A DNA stretch of 64,000 bases, taken from Octopus sinensis. Taxonomy: Eukaryota. Below are positions 12,328 through 25,764 of this stretch, piece after piece. Numbering within the stretch: position 1 is the stretch's first letter; the number at the start of each line of letters is the position of its first letter. Where the stretch lies: the NCBI RefSeq assembly GCF_006345805.1, contig NC_043025.1, positions 7,254,001 to 7,318,000 on the forward strand, in the 5' to 3' direction. A model generated the notes under the pieces. The model saw nothing but the letters and a program-made list of their open reading frames with translations, was not told where the DNA came from and did not search any database. The translations under genes and the position numbers were made by a program.

Positions 12328-12569
12328 ATTATCTATAATGTTATTCAGTCTCACTAAATTTTCAATGAATCTTAAGACATTTATTAGAAAAACTATAAAA
12401 ACACACGACCTTTCATCGTCTGTCGTTGGACATTTTTCCAACTTTTGACTGAGCAGACGACACTTAATACTCTAACGCGCATGCGTTAACTGATGGGCGA
12501 TAAAAATATATAAAAAGAAACAAAACAAAACAAAAACTAACACTTTTCGCTGTTCCCTTCACTAAACAC

Positions 12570-12996
12570 CTTCCCTCACTCTCTCGCTCCCCCTCTATCT
12601 CTCTCTATCTATCCTTCTCTCACTTATTCTCATTCCCCCTCTCTTCCTTTACTTTTGTCAATTATACATCTCCCCCCACCACCACAGTTAAATATTTTCT
12701 TTTCCTTCTCTCTCTTTCCCCTCTCTCCCTACAAAGAGCATTCCGTCTTTCCGAGCTCTCATCACTGACCCTCTCTCTCTCTCCCTGTCTTTCTTTGACT
12801 CTCTTCTTTCCCCTCTTATTTTCACTCCCCCTCTCTCCTTTTACTTCTTTCATAAAATACATCTCTGCATTAAACATTACCTTTTCCTTCTCTCTTTTTC
12901 CTTCTCTCTCATCCTTCAGCTATTTAACCTCCTCCAATAAGAACACTCCCTCCCTCCAAGCTCCCGTAACTGACAATCTGTCTTTCTCCCTCTCTC

Positions 12997-13027
<31 letters not shown>

Positions 13028-13085
13028 CTCTCTCTCTCTGTCTATCTATCTATCTATCTATCTGCCTATCTATCTATCTATCTGC

Positions 13086-13119
<34 letters not shown>

Positions 13120-13200
13120 CTCTCTCTCTCTGTCTATCTATCTATCTATCTATCTGCCTGCCTATCTATCTATCTATCTATCTATCTATCTCTCCTTTTA
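12570..13200. repeat. CT-rich low complexity and (TATC)n microsatellite
   Basis: Visible directly. Confidence 0.9.
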
Positions 13201-13204
13201 ATCT

Positions 13205-13368
13205 GAAGCACCGCCTTTAATCGAGCTACTCGACCCCGGGACTTATTCTTTTTGTAAGCCCAGTACTTATTCTATCGGTCTCTTTTGCCGAACTGCTATG
13301 CGACGGGGACATAAACACACCAGCATCGGTTGTCAAGCAATGCAAGTGGGACAAACACAGACACACAA

Positions 13369-13421
<53 letters not shown>

Positions 13422-13512
13422 TACGGTAGGCTTCTTTCAGTTTCCGTCAGCCCTAGGCTATAGTGACACTTGCCCAAGGTGCCACGCAGTGGAACTGAAC
13501 CCGGAACCATAA
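13205..13512 (-). mobile_element. SINE family A, deleted
   Basis: Family A motifs. Confidence 0.8.
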
Positions 13513-13592
13513 GGTCGGCACAAGCTTCTTATTTATTTACTGCCCACAAGGGGCTAAACACGGAGAGGACAAACAAGGGCAGGTACGAAAGG

Positions 13593-16500
13593 TTCATATA
13601 CATATATATAATTTGTATATCTTCGTATACATATATATAATTTGTATATCTTCATATACATATATATAGTTTGTATATCTTCATATACATATATATTATT
13701 TGTATATCTTCATAAACATATATATAATTTGTATATATACATATACATATATATAATTTGTATATATCATATACATATATATAATTTGTATATTTCATAT
13801 ACATATATGTAATTGTATATATTCATATACATATATATAATCTGTATATATTCATATACATATATATAATCTGTATATATCATATATATAATCTGTATAT
13901 ATTCATATACATATATGTAATCTGTATATATTCATATATATAATCTGTATATATTCATATACATATATATAATCTGTATATATTCATATATATAATCTGT
14001 ATATATTCATATACATATATATAATCTGTATATATTCATATATATAATCTGTATATATTCATATACATAATGGGTATATATTCATATACATATATATAAT
14101 CTCTATATATTCATATACATATATATAATCTGTATATATTCATATACATAATGGGTATATATTCATATACATATATATAATCTGTATATATTCATATACA
14201 TATATATAATCTGTATATATTCATATATATAATCTGTATATATTTATATACATATATGTAATCTGTATATATTCATATATATAATCTGTATATATTCATA
14301 TATAATAATCTGTATATATTCATATACATAATGGGTATATATTCATATACATATATATAATCTGTTATATTCATATACATTATATAATCTGTATATATTC
14401 ATATACATATATATAATCTGTATATATTCATATACATAATGGGTATATATTTATACATATATATAATCTGTATATATTCATATACATATATATAATCTGT
14501 ATATATTCATATACATATATATAATCTGTATATATTCATATACATATATATAATCTGTATATATTCATATATATAATCTGTTATATTCATATACATATAT
14601 AAATCTGCATATATTCATATGTATAATCTGTATATTATTATAATATATAATCTGTATATATTCATATATATAATCTGTATATATTCATATACATAATCTG
14701 TATATATTCATATACATAATCGGTATATATTCATATATATAATTTGTATATATTCATATACATATATATTATTTGTATATCTTCATAAACATATATATAA
14801 TTTGTATATATACATATACATATATATAATTTGTATATATTCATATACATATATATAATTTGTATATTTTCATATACATATATGTAATCTGTATATATTC
14901 ATATACATATATATAATCTGTATATATTCATATACATATATATAATCTGTATATATTCATATATATAATCTGTATATATTCATATACATATATGTAATCT
15001 GTATATATTCATATATATAATCTGTATATATTCATATACATATATATAATCTGTATATATTCATATATATAATCTGTATATATTCATATACATATATATA
15101 TCTGTATATATATTCATATATATAATCTGTATATATTCATATACATAATGGGTATATATTCATATACATATATATAATCTCTATATATTCATATACATAT
15201 ATATAATCTGTATATATTCATATACATAATGGGTATATATTCATATACATATATATAATCTGTATATATTCATATACATATATATAATCTGTATATATTC
15301 ATATATATAATCTGTATATATTTATATACATATATGTAATCTGTATATATTCATATATATAATCTGTATATATTCATATATATATAATCTGTATATATTC
15401 ATATACATAATGGGTATATATTCATATACATAATATAATCTGTTATATTCATATACATATATATAATCTGTATATATTCATATACATATATATAATCTGT
15501 ATATATATTCATATACAAATGGGTATATATTATATACATAATATAATCTGTATATATTCATATACATATATATAATCTGTATATATTCAATATACATATA
15601 TATAATCTGTATATATTCATATACATATATATAATCTGTATATATTCATATATATAATCTGTATATATTCATATACATATATATAATCTGCATATATTCA
15701 TATGTATAATCTGTATATATTATTATACATATATATAATCTGTATATATTCATATATATAATCTGTATATATTCATATACATAATCTGTATATATTCATA
15801 TACATAATCGGTATATATTCATATATATAATTTGTATATATTCATATACATATATATTATTTGTATATCTTCATAACCATATATATAATTTGTATATATA
15901 CATATACATATATATAATTTGTATATATTCATATACATATATATAATTTGTATATTTTCATATACATATATGTAATCTGTATATATTCATATACATATAT
16001 ATAATCTGTATATATTCATATATATAATCTGTATATATTCATATACATATATATAATCTGTATATATTCATATATATAATCTGTATATATTCATATACAT
16101 ATATATAATCTGTATATATTCATATATATAATCTGTATATATTCATATACATAATGGGTATATATTCATATACATATATATAATCTGTATATATTCATAT
16201 ACATATATATAATCTGTATATATTCATATACATATATATAATCTGTATATATTCATATACATAATGGGTATATATTCATATATATAATCTGTATATATTC
16301 ATATACATATATATAATCTGTATATATTCATATACATAATGGGTATATATTCATATACATATATATAATCTGTATATATTCATATACATATATATAATCT
16401 GTATATATTCATATATATAATCTGTATATATTTATATACATATATGTAATCTGTATATATTTATATACATATATGTAATCTGTATATATTCATATATATA

Positions 16501-18710
16501 ATCTGTATATATTCATATACATATATATAATCTGTATATATTCATATATATATATATAATCTGTATATATTCATATATATAATCTGTATATATTCATATA
16601 CATAATGGGTATATATTCATATACATATATATAATCTGTATATATTCATATACATATATATAATCTGTATATATTCATATACATAATGGGTATATATTCA
16701 TATACATATATATAATCTGTATATATTCATATATATAATCTGTATATATTCATATACATTCATATAATCTGTATATATTCATATACATATATATAATCTG
16801 CATATATTCATATGTATAATCTGTATATATTATTATACATATATATAATCTGTATATATTCATATATATAATCTGTATATATTCATATATATAATCGGTA
16901 TATATTCATATATATAATTTGTATATATTCATATATATAATTTGTATATATTCATATATATAATTTGTATATATTCATATATATAATTTGTATATATTCA
17001 TATACATATATATAATTTGTATATATTCATATACATATATATAATTTGTATATATTCATATACATATATATAATTTGTATATATTCATATACATATATAT
17101 AATTTGTATATATTCATATACATATATATAATTTGTATATTTTCATATACATATATATAATTTGTATATTTTCATATACATATATAACTTGTATATATTC
17201 ATATACATATATATTATTTGTATATATATTCATATACATATATATAATTTGTATATATTCATACACATATATATAATTTGTATATATTCATATACATATA
17301 TATAATTTGTATATATTCATATACATATATATAATTTGTATATATTCATATACAAATATATAATTTGTATATATTTATATACATATATATAAGTTGTATA
17401 TATTTATATATATGTATATTGATATATACTAATTATATGTATGTTGATATATACTAATTATATTTATATTTATATATATTTTGTATATATTTATATACAA
17501 ATATACAATTTGTATACGTTTATATACATATATATAATTTGTATACGTTTATATACATATATATAATTTGTATAGTTTATATACATATATTAATTTTTAT
17601 ACGTTATATACATATATATTTGTATACATTTATATACATATATATAATTTGTATACATATATATACATATATATAATTTGTATACATATATACATATATA
17701 TAATTTGTATGCATATATATAATTTATATATCTTCATATACATATATATAATTTGCATATTTTCATATACATATATGTAATTCGTATATCTTCATATACA
17801 TATATGTAATTTGTATATCTTCATATACATATATGTAATTTGTATATCTTTATATACATATATGTAATTTGTATATATTCATATACATATATGTAATTTG
17901 TATATATTCATATACATATATATAATTTGTATATATTCATATACAAATATATAATTTGTATATATTCATATACATATATATAATTTGTATATATTCATAT
18001 ACAAATATATAATTTGTATATATTTATATACATATATATAATTTGTATATATTTATATATATATGTATATAAATATATACAAATATATGTATATATATAT
18101 ATATTTTGTATATATTTATACAAAATATAATTTGTATACGTTTATATACATATATATAATTTGTATACGTTTATATACATAATATTAATTGTATACGTTT
18201 TATACATATATATAATTGTATACGTTTATAACATATATATAATTGTATACGTTTATATACAATATATAATTTGTATACATATATATAATCTGTATATATT
18301 TGTATGCATATATATAATTTGTATATATTTACATGCATATATACGGTTTGTATATATTTACATACATATATGCAGTTTGTTTATATTTACATACATATAT
18401 GCAATTTGCATATATTTACATACCTATATACAATTTGTATATATTTACATTCCTATATGCAATTTGCATATATTTACATTCCTATATGCAATTTGCATAT
18501 ATTTACATACCTCTATGCAATTTGCATATATTTACATACCTATATACAATTTTCATGTATTTACATACCTATATACAATTTGCATGTATTTACATACCTA
18601 TATACAATTTGCATGTATTTACATACCTATATACAATTTCCATATATTTACATACCTATATACAATTTGCATATATTTACATACCTATATACAATTTGCA
18701 TATATACAAT
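13593..18710. repeat. 5.1-kb AT-rich minisatellite with 23/29-bp units and higher-order repeats of about 1.08 kb
   Basis: Units TATACATATATATAATCTGTATATATTCA (29) and TATATATAATCTGTATATATTCA (23). Rare variants recur at about 1.07-1.11 kb spacing. Confidence 0.95.
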
Positions 18711-19101
18711 TGTCTATAAAGCATACAATGTAGAGAAAAAAAGAAGATTTGAACACCTGGAGGAAAGCACTATCGAAAAGTGTCTTGGTGCGACTATGAA
18801 AGATATCCCCGCAGAAGTAGAGGTAGGCTGGATTGTAGCCACACTTCTACACCAGAGGGAGGACAAAAAACAATTGGTCGAAATTGCAAGAGACGGGCCT
18901 ACAATTCCAGTCTGTTATATATTTTGAGTATTGTTATCACTAGCGATATCAATATATAACATTGTATTTTGTATTTTATGTGTAAATGTATATATATATG
19001 TATATACATATATATACATATATATACATATATATACATATATATACATATATATATGTGTACATGTAATATGAACACATATATATACTCATATATACAT
19101 G

Positions 19102-20028
19102 GACTAGCACTATGACCCGGCAACGACCGGGTCATATGCTAGTATATCGATATATGAAACTAAGAATGTGTGTATCTGTCTGTCTGTGTGAATCCCTATA
19201 ACTTGAGAACTACACAACCAATTTCATTCAAATTTTACACACGCCTTGCAAAGGGTCTACGGATTGTCAGGAGAAGGGCTCTGGGCGCCATTGGGCTCAC
19301 TGTCCACGGCCACGAGACAACAGTGAGCGCTATGGCGACCAGAGCGAGCTCTGGGCGCCATTGAACTGAAATGCGTTTTTACCGCTTGGATCGCTTTCAA
19401 TGCCACTACATCCCGTCCGATTCGCTCCAAAGGTTACAGGGACATGTAGAATGAGGTGACGATGCTCGTGGGCTACCTTAGAAATCCATCTTAAAAGGTG
19501 TGGTTGCTAGGGGCCATCTTCCTCACTCACGCTATAATGTATGTGTGTGTGTGTGTGTGTGTGTGCGTGTGTTCTATATATAAATATGTATATATAAATG
19601 TGTGTATATATAAAACATCACCCACTCTCATTCTTTTATGTATCTGAGAGTGTGTGTCTTTCTGTCTGTGTATTTCCCTATAACTTGAGAACTACTCAAC
19701 CAATTTCATTCAAATTTTACACATGCCTTCCTTAGGGTATAAGGAGTGTGTTGAGCTGGGCTCTGGGCGCCATTGGGCTCAATGTCCGCGGCTACGAGAC
19801 AGCAGTGAGCGCTATGGCGACCAGAGCTCGCTCTGGGCGCCATTGGGCTCAATGTCCGCGGCTACGAGACAGCAGTGAGCGCTATGGCGACCAGAGCTCG
19901 CTCTGGGCGCCATTGGGCTCAATGTCCGCGGCTACGAGACAGCAGTGAGCGCTATGGCGACCAGAGCTCGCTCTGGGCGCCATTGGGCTCAATGTCCGCG
20001 GCTACGAGACAACAGTGAGCGCTATGGC
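19102..20028 (+). mobile_element. Two Helitron-like 5' modules (about 19147 and 19620) carrying a GC-rich 70-bp tandem repeat
   Basis: Duplicated CCCTATAACTTGAGAACTAC...CCAATTTCATTCAAATTTTACAC segments, each followed by the 70-mer. CTAG-ended hairpin at 19102-19143. Confidence 0.55.
19761..20028. repeat. 70-bp GC-rich minisatellite, 3.8 copies
   Basis: Identical units start at 19761, 19831, 19901 and 19971; a diverged copy lies at 19279-19366. Confidence 0.95.
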
Positions 20029-20053
20029 TTTGGTCGCACCACTATTAACAGAG

Positions 20054-21226
20054 GGCTTGGCTTGGCTTGGCTTGGCTTGGCTTGGCTTGGCTTGGCTTGG
20101 CTTGGCTTGGCTTGGCTTGCTTGGCTTGGCTTGGCTTGGGCTTGGCTTGGCTTGGCTTGGCTGGCTTGGCTTGGCTTGGCTTGGCTTGGCTTGGCTTGGC
20201 TTGGCTTGGCTTGCTTGCTTGGCTTGGCTTGGCTGGGTGGCTTGGCTTGGCTTGGCTGGCTTGGCTTGGCTTGGCTTGCTTGGCTTGCTTGGCTTGGCTT
20301 GGCTTGGCTTGGCTTGCTTGGCTTGGCTGGCTTGGCTTGGCTTGATTGGCTTGGCTTGGTTGGCTTGGCTTGGCTTGGCTTGGCTTGGCTGGCTTGGCTT
20401 GGCTTGGCTGGCTTGGCTTGGCTTGGCTTGGCTGGCTTGGATTGGCTTGGTTGGCTGGCTTGGCTTGGCTTGGCTTGGTGGCTTGGCTTGGCTTGGTTGG
20501 ATTGGCTTGGCTTGCTTGGCTGGCTTGGCTTGGCTGGCTTGGCTTGGCTTGGCTTGGCTGGCTTGGCTGGCTTGGCTTGGCTTGGCTTGGCTTGGCTTGC
20601 TTGGCTTGGCTTGGCTTGGCTTGGCTTGGCTTGCTTGGCTTGGCTTGGCTTGCTTGGCTTGGCTTGGCTTGGCTTGGCTTGGCTTGGCTTGGCTGGCTGG
20701 CTTGGCTTGCTTGGCTTGGCTTGGCTTGCTTGGCTTGGCTTGGCTTGGCTTGGCTGGCTTGGCTTGGCTTGGCTTGGATTGCTTGGCTTGGCTTGGCTTG
20801 GCTTGGCTTGGCTTGGCTTGGCTTGGCTTGGCTTGCTTGGCTTGGCTTGGCTTGGCTTGGCTTGGCTTGGCTTGGCTTGGCTTTGGCTTGGCTTGGCTTG
20901 GCTTGGCTTGGCTTGGCTTGGCTTGGCTTGGCTTGGCTTGGCTTGGTTGGCTTGGCTGGCTTGGCTTGGATTGGCTTGGCTTGGCTTGGCTTGGCTTGGC
21001 TTGGCTTGCTTGGCTTGGCTTGGCTTGGCTTGGCTTGGCTTGGCTTGGCTTGGCTTGGCTTGGCTTGGCTTGGCTTGGCTTGGCTTGGCTTGGCTTGGCT
21101 TGGCTTGGCTTGGCTTGGCTTGGCTTGGCTTGGCTTGGCTTGGCTTGGCTTGGCTTGGCTTGGCTTGGCTTGGCTTGGCTTGGCTTGGCTTGGCTTGGCT
21201 TGGCTTGGCTTGGCTTGGCTTGGCTT
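20054..21226. repeat. (GGCTT)n pentanucleotide microsatellite, 1.17 kb
   Basis: Visible directly; explains the LAWLG ORFs. Confidence 0.98.
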
Positions 21227-21938
21227 TCGAAGGGGAGGAAGAAGAATCTTAGTTACATAGAGAACTATAGCGTGAAGGCAGAATATAAATAAATAACTCT
21301 TCCTCAGATGTTGGCAATCTTACTTGCTCCGCATTGCAACAAGATGCGTCTTCGTCAAAGCAATTGCTCCCCCAAACCAAATTAGGTAAAATGAGATACG
21401 TGGAACGTCAAAGCTGCTAACAAAATCAGGACAGTCAACATTTTCGCTAAGGGCTGTTTAACCGTGACGTGGTGAACGCTGGAGAAAGAAAGCTTTGTCA
21501 AGAGACAGACGGGAGTGCATGAAGGAAAACAAAAAGAAATACATTTAGAAATAGATCTATAGTTATTGAGGATAGAATTTCTGTTGGAAATAGAGAACTA
21601 TGAATATTGAATTATGCATAAAGCGCTAACTTACATTCGGGGCTTCCAATTTCTCTGTAAAATATAAGATAGTCGCAAAATCATCGCACATGTCACCATC
21701 GATTACAAACGCCGGTGGAAGATAAACGTTCCAGAGGACATTCTTGTTCTTTCGTTCGTACAAGGTTCGTATTATGTTTCGGCTTAAAATAAATTATAGA
21801 TACAAATATAATGTATAGAAATATATAAAAACCAGAATAGAAAATAAACGTCTTAGGCATATAAACTGAGATAACATGAGATATCAAGGTGTTATAAACT
21901 TGAAACTTACTAGAATATCACATCATAGATTATATATA

Positions 21939-24467
21939 TCAAGTCAACCAGTCAGTTCTGTCCAATTTTACCTGTTTTTTAGAGTTGAATGAAATTAAAA
22001 TTTATTTTTATGCATTTGTGTACGTTTAAACTAATTCAATATTGTTTTACAAAATAATAGACGGTGTCCACAAAGTCTGCGTACATGGGAATTAACACAT
22101 ACTTTTAAAACAAAACAATTTTATTTAATTATAATAAATAATATTTTCAAAGTGATTTCCATCATTTTCAATGCATAACTTGATGCGCCTTGCAAAATTC
22201 AGGTGAACTTGATTAAATAAGTCTACATTGCCATCAATTTAAGCACACTGACTGGTAATGCGTTCTCTCGTGTGTTTTAAATCTGTAATCTTTATTGAGT
22301 AAACTTTCTCTTTCAACATACCCCAGAAAAAGAAATCAAGGGGAGAAAGGTCTGGTGAACGAGGGGACCATTCCATATGACCCCTTCTTCCAATCTAGTG
22401 AGGAGGAAAAGTGTCATTAAATCAATCTCTAACAGTTGTGGCAAAATGGGTAGGGGCCCCATCCTGCTGAAACCAATTCGAAAGGCTTTCGCCTAGGCAC
22501 TCAATTTAAGATATTAATTTGTCTCTCAATATATTTGCATAAGTCTCATCCGTTACATGTTCAATGATGAAGGGTCCTAGAACATGAGCTTTCCAAAAAC
22601 CACACCACACCATCACCTTTTTGCTGTTTGGATAGATCCATCTAATGTGGATTACCTCGAGACCAGTATAGAAGATTCTGTCTGTTGACCTCACCATTTA
22701 CATAAAACGTAGCTTTGTCACTGAACAACACAAAGTTTTTCGTAAAAATTGATATTTTCATCCAATTTATCTGAAAACCATTCGCACGTCTACATTCGTC
22801 TATCAGGATCGTCTTCATTTAAGTGATGCAATATCTGTAGGTTGTATCGATGAAACTTTTCCTCAACCAGCATTTTGTGGATGGTTGGTTTTGGAACACC
22901 TAACACCGTAGATGTCCGACGAAGTGATTTTTTGGGGCTAGCTAGCAGAAACTTTAGCCTCGACAGCCTCTTTAATTTCATCTGAAGTCTTTGGTCGCCC
23001 GGAACGGGGTTTATCCGAAACACTGCCTGTTTCTTTAAATGTCTTGATCAATTTCCTGACGGCAGTAAAATAAATAGGTTGCCTACAAGGGTGTGGAAGA
23101 TTAAATTCTTCCGCAATTTTGCGATAAGACCATCCCTCTCGTCCACTTAATAATACTAACTTGATTCTTTCTTCTTTAGACAGATTCATCATTCGATCCG
23201 GGATTCTTTCTTCTTTAGACAGAGCCATCATTCGATCATCTGTAGAAAAAATAACAAATAAATTTAGAAATGTAAAGTATTTTTTTTATTTAATTTAAAC
23301 AAAAGTAAAAAAGGAAAATTATTATTTCTTATGTTATGATTTTATTCCATAAACCCAGACTTCGTGGACACCCTAAAATTGCTTTGATTAAAACCCCTTT
23401 CAACATGGAAGTATCCAAGGAGCATTTAAGGCACATATAATTCTTTATGAGTACAATAAAGGTAACTCTGCTGCCGAAGTGACTCGAAACATACACTCAG
23501 TTTATGGCAAAGTGCTCGAATGAAAGAACTTGCAGGAGATCGTCTGCAAAATTGAAGATGAATATCGAACAGGATGTCCAGTTGAGTTTGACAAGCTCCT
23601 TGAGGCATTACTTGAAGAAAATCCGTCATTATCAGTTGAAGAATTGGCAATAAAGCTTACTTCAAACCATACAACAGTTCATCGTCATCTACAACAACGT
23701 GGAAAGATTCCTAAACTTGGAAAATAGGTATTGTCCGAAAGCAACCGCAAATCCCGAGTTGGCATCTGCTCTTCTCTCCATTCTCGCAAACTCATTTCAC
23801 CCTTTTTCGATAGACTTGTGATGAAAAATGGATTTTCTATCGAAATGTTAGACATCGTAAACAGTGGCTTGGTAAAAGGGAAAATTCTCAACCACAACCG
23901 AGAAGGGAACTTCATGGGAAAAAGGTTCTACTCTCTATCTGGTGCGATTGCAAAGGCGTAATTCACTTTATATTGTTACCACCTAATGCAACAATCAATG
24001 CTCAAGTCTACTGTCAGCAATTAGAGCGTTTGAACCAAGCTTTGAAGGAAAAAAGAGCCGCTTTAGTGAGTCGAATACGAGTGATGTTTCATCAGGACAA
24101 TGCGCAACCCCACACTGCAAAGATCACATCACAGAAGATCAAAGGGGTCGGTTTGGAAAAATTTCTTCATCCAACTTATTCTCCCGACCTTACTCCTTCA
24201 GGATACCATTTGTTTCATAGTTTACAGAATTAGTAGGGGGATACAACTTTCGCAAGCCAGGGGGAGGTCGAACCTGACATTTCAGAGTTCTTCGCTTTGA
24301 AACCAAAAGAGTTTTACGTTGATGGGATTAAAAAGCTTGTAAATAGATGGAGGTAAGTCATAGATGATTAGGGAAAGTACATTGATGATTAACTTTCAAT
24401 TAAATATAACATTTGATCACTTGTATTATTTATCCAAAATTCAGACAGAACTTATGGGATGACCTGA
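21939..24467 (+). mobile_element. Decayed mariner (DD34D) transposon; transposase remnant about 23405-24392
   Basis: Frameshifted reading MEVSKEHLRHIILYEY...DEKW...HQDNAQPH...HPTYSPDLTPSGYHLF. TIRs at 21939-21965 and 24441-24467 match at 20 of 27 positions. Confidence 0.85.
22060..23373 (-). mobile_element. Decayed Tc1/mariner of the DD41D (rosa-like) family, nested in the mariner above
   Basis: TIR GGTGTCCAC(A/G)AAGTCTG with TA flanks. WFQQDGAPTH...EWSPRSPDLSPLDFFFWG has 41 positions between the 2nd and 3rd D; internal stops. Confidence 0.85.
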
Positions 24468-24867
24468 GATATATACACTGGCGAAAATATATTTAAGACA
24501 GACGATAAAAGTTCTATTTCTTACAAAATATTTTGTTACTAACACCATACAAATTATTTTTTATCTTTTACACCTTATGCAAAATTTATTTCGCTTTCGA
24601 ATGATGCAGACAATAACCATTTTTATACTACTTGAAGAATTCTAATGCTAAATATAATTTTAATGGAGATAACCTGCAGTATATAGTACAACATTTTTGT
24701 CTCCGTACATGAGCTAAGTATTAATAAAATGTGGTATACGATAAAAATTTCGGATATTTGTCTTAAAACATTCAGACAAGAAAATTCAGATGTAGCACAT
24801 GAGGTATTATTCCATACGAATATCCACATATTTATATTAAGAATTTCACGATAAAAATATAGAAATA

Positions 24868-25430
24868 TTGGGTTGTCCGGAAAGTTCTTGCAGATTTATA
24901 GTAGCTTATCTTTCGACTTATTTTAGAACATGTTTGAGTCCATAAAATAGGATTTGACTACACCTCCATTTGGAGCACAGTTTAATCTATCTTTTCGTGG
25001 AAGAAGGTTTATGTTCCAATAAACTGTGTTAATTCTGTAACCCTTTAAATTAAAAGATGAGAAAAATTCATTATCGGCATTTGATGCTTTGGGAACCAGA
25101 AAAATTGCTGCAGCTTGGCCGGGGTGACTTACCCCACCCTCCATATTCACCAGATATTACTCCTTCGGATTTCCACTTATTCAGGTCTCTGCAGAATAGT
25201 CTTAATGGTGAAAATTTCAATTCCTTAGATGACGTAAAAAGATACCTTGATGAATTATTTGCCTTGAAACCACCCCAATTCTGGGAAGAGGTATTTTTAA
25301 GGTAAATGTAAGACGGAGACGTATGTGCAACGAAATGGTTCAGATTTGGTTCATTAAAAATGTAATGGCAAGTATTTAGTGACCATGTACTTTCCTTTAA
25401 AAATCGGAACGAACTTTCCGGACAACCCAA
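24868..25430 (+). mobile_element. Internally deleted mariner (563 bp)
   Basis: TIR TTGGGTTGTCCGGAAAGTTC at both ends, TA TSD, and residual HPPYSPDITPSDFHLFRSLQN. Confidence 0.9.
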
Positions 25431-25764
25431 TATAAACATGAAAAATAAAAACCTAAATTGAAAGAGGCGATTAAAATATTTTCCTAACCTGCAGCCGTTT
25501 GTTGTACGAAGTATTCGAAATTCAGCCCTCCTTCCTCAGGGTTCCTTTCTCGAGGTAAAATCCAGCAGAAAGCAGTAAGGCACTACATAGTGCGTATTCA
25601 AGTGACTTTATTACTACCCACATTTCAAGAGAATTACCACGTTTAAATAAGAAATGAAAATCATTTAAGTTAATCATGCAATTTTGGGAATATTCCATTT
25701 TTTACTGATATATACTACAATAACAAAGAAATTATTTAAGATTTTAGATTTTTGCATAAGTATT

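Noticed and set aside
12474-12490. ACGCGCATGCGT, an NRF1-like promoter motif
   Set aside because: A single imperfect site with no linked TSS or exon evidence.
18161-18927. 190-207 aa Y/I/H-rich ORFs
   Set aside because: Mostly satellite translation; only the last 70 or so codons are complex (listed as a finding).
19785-19800. Loop of the 70-mer resembles DNAzyme cores (GGCTACGA)
   Set aside because: Only a superficial match to in vitro-selected 10-23/8-17 motifs; the required residues are absent.
19945-21292. 300-435 aa LAWLG ORFs
   Set aside because: Pure translation of (GGCTT)n, which has no stop in any frame.
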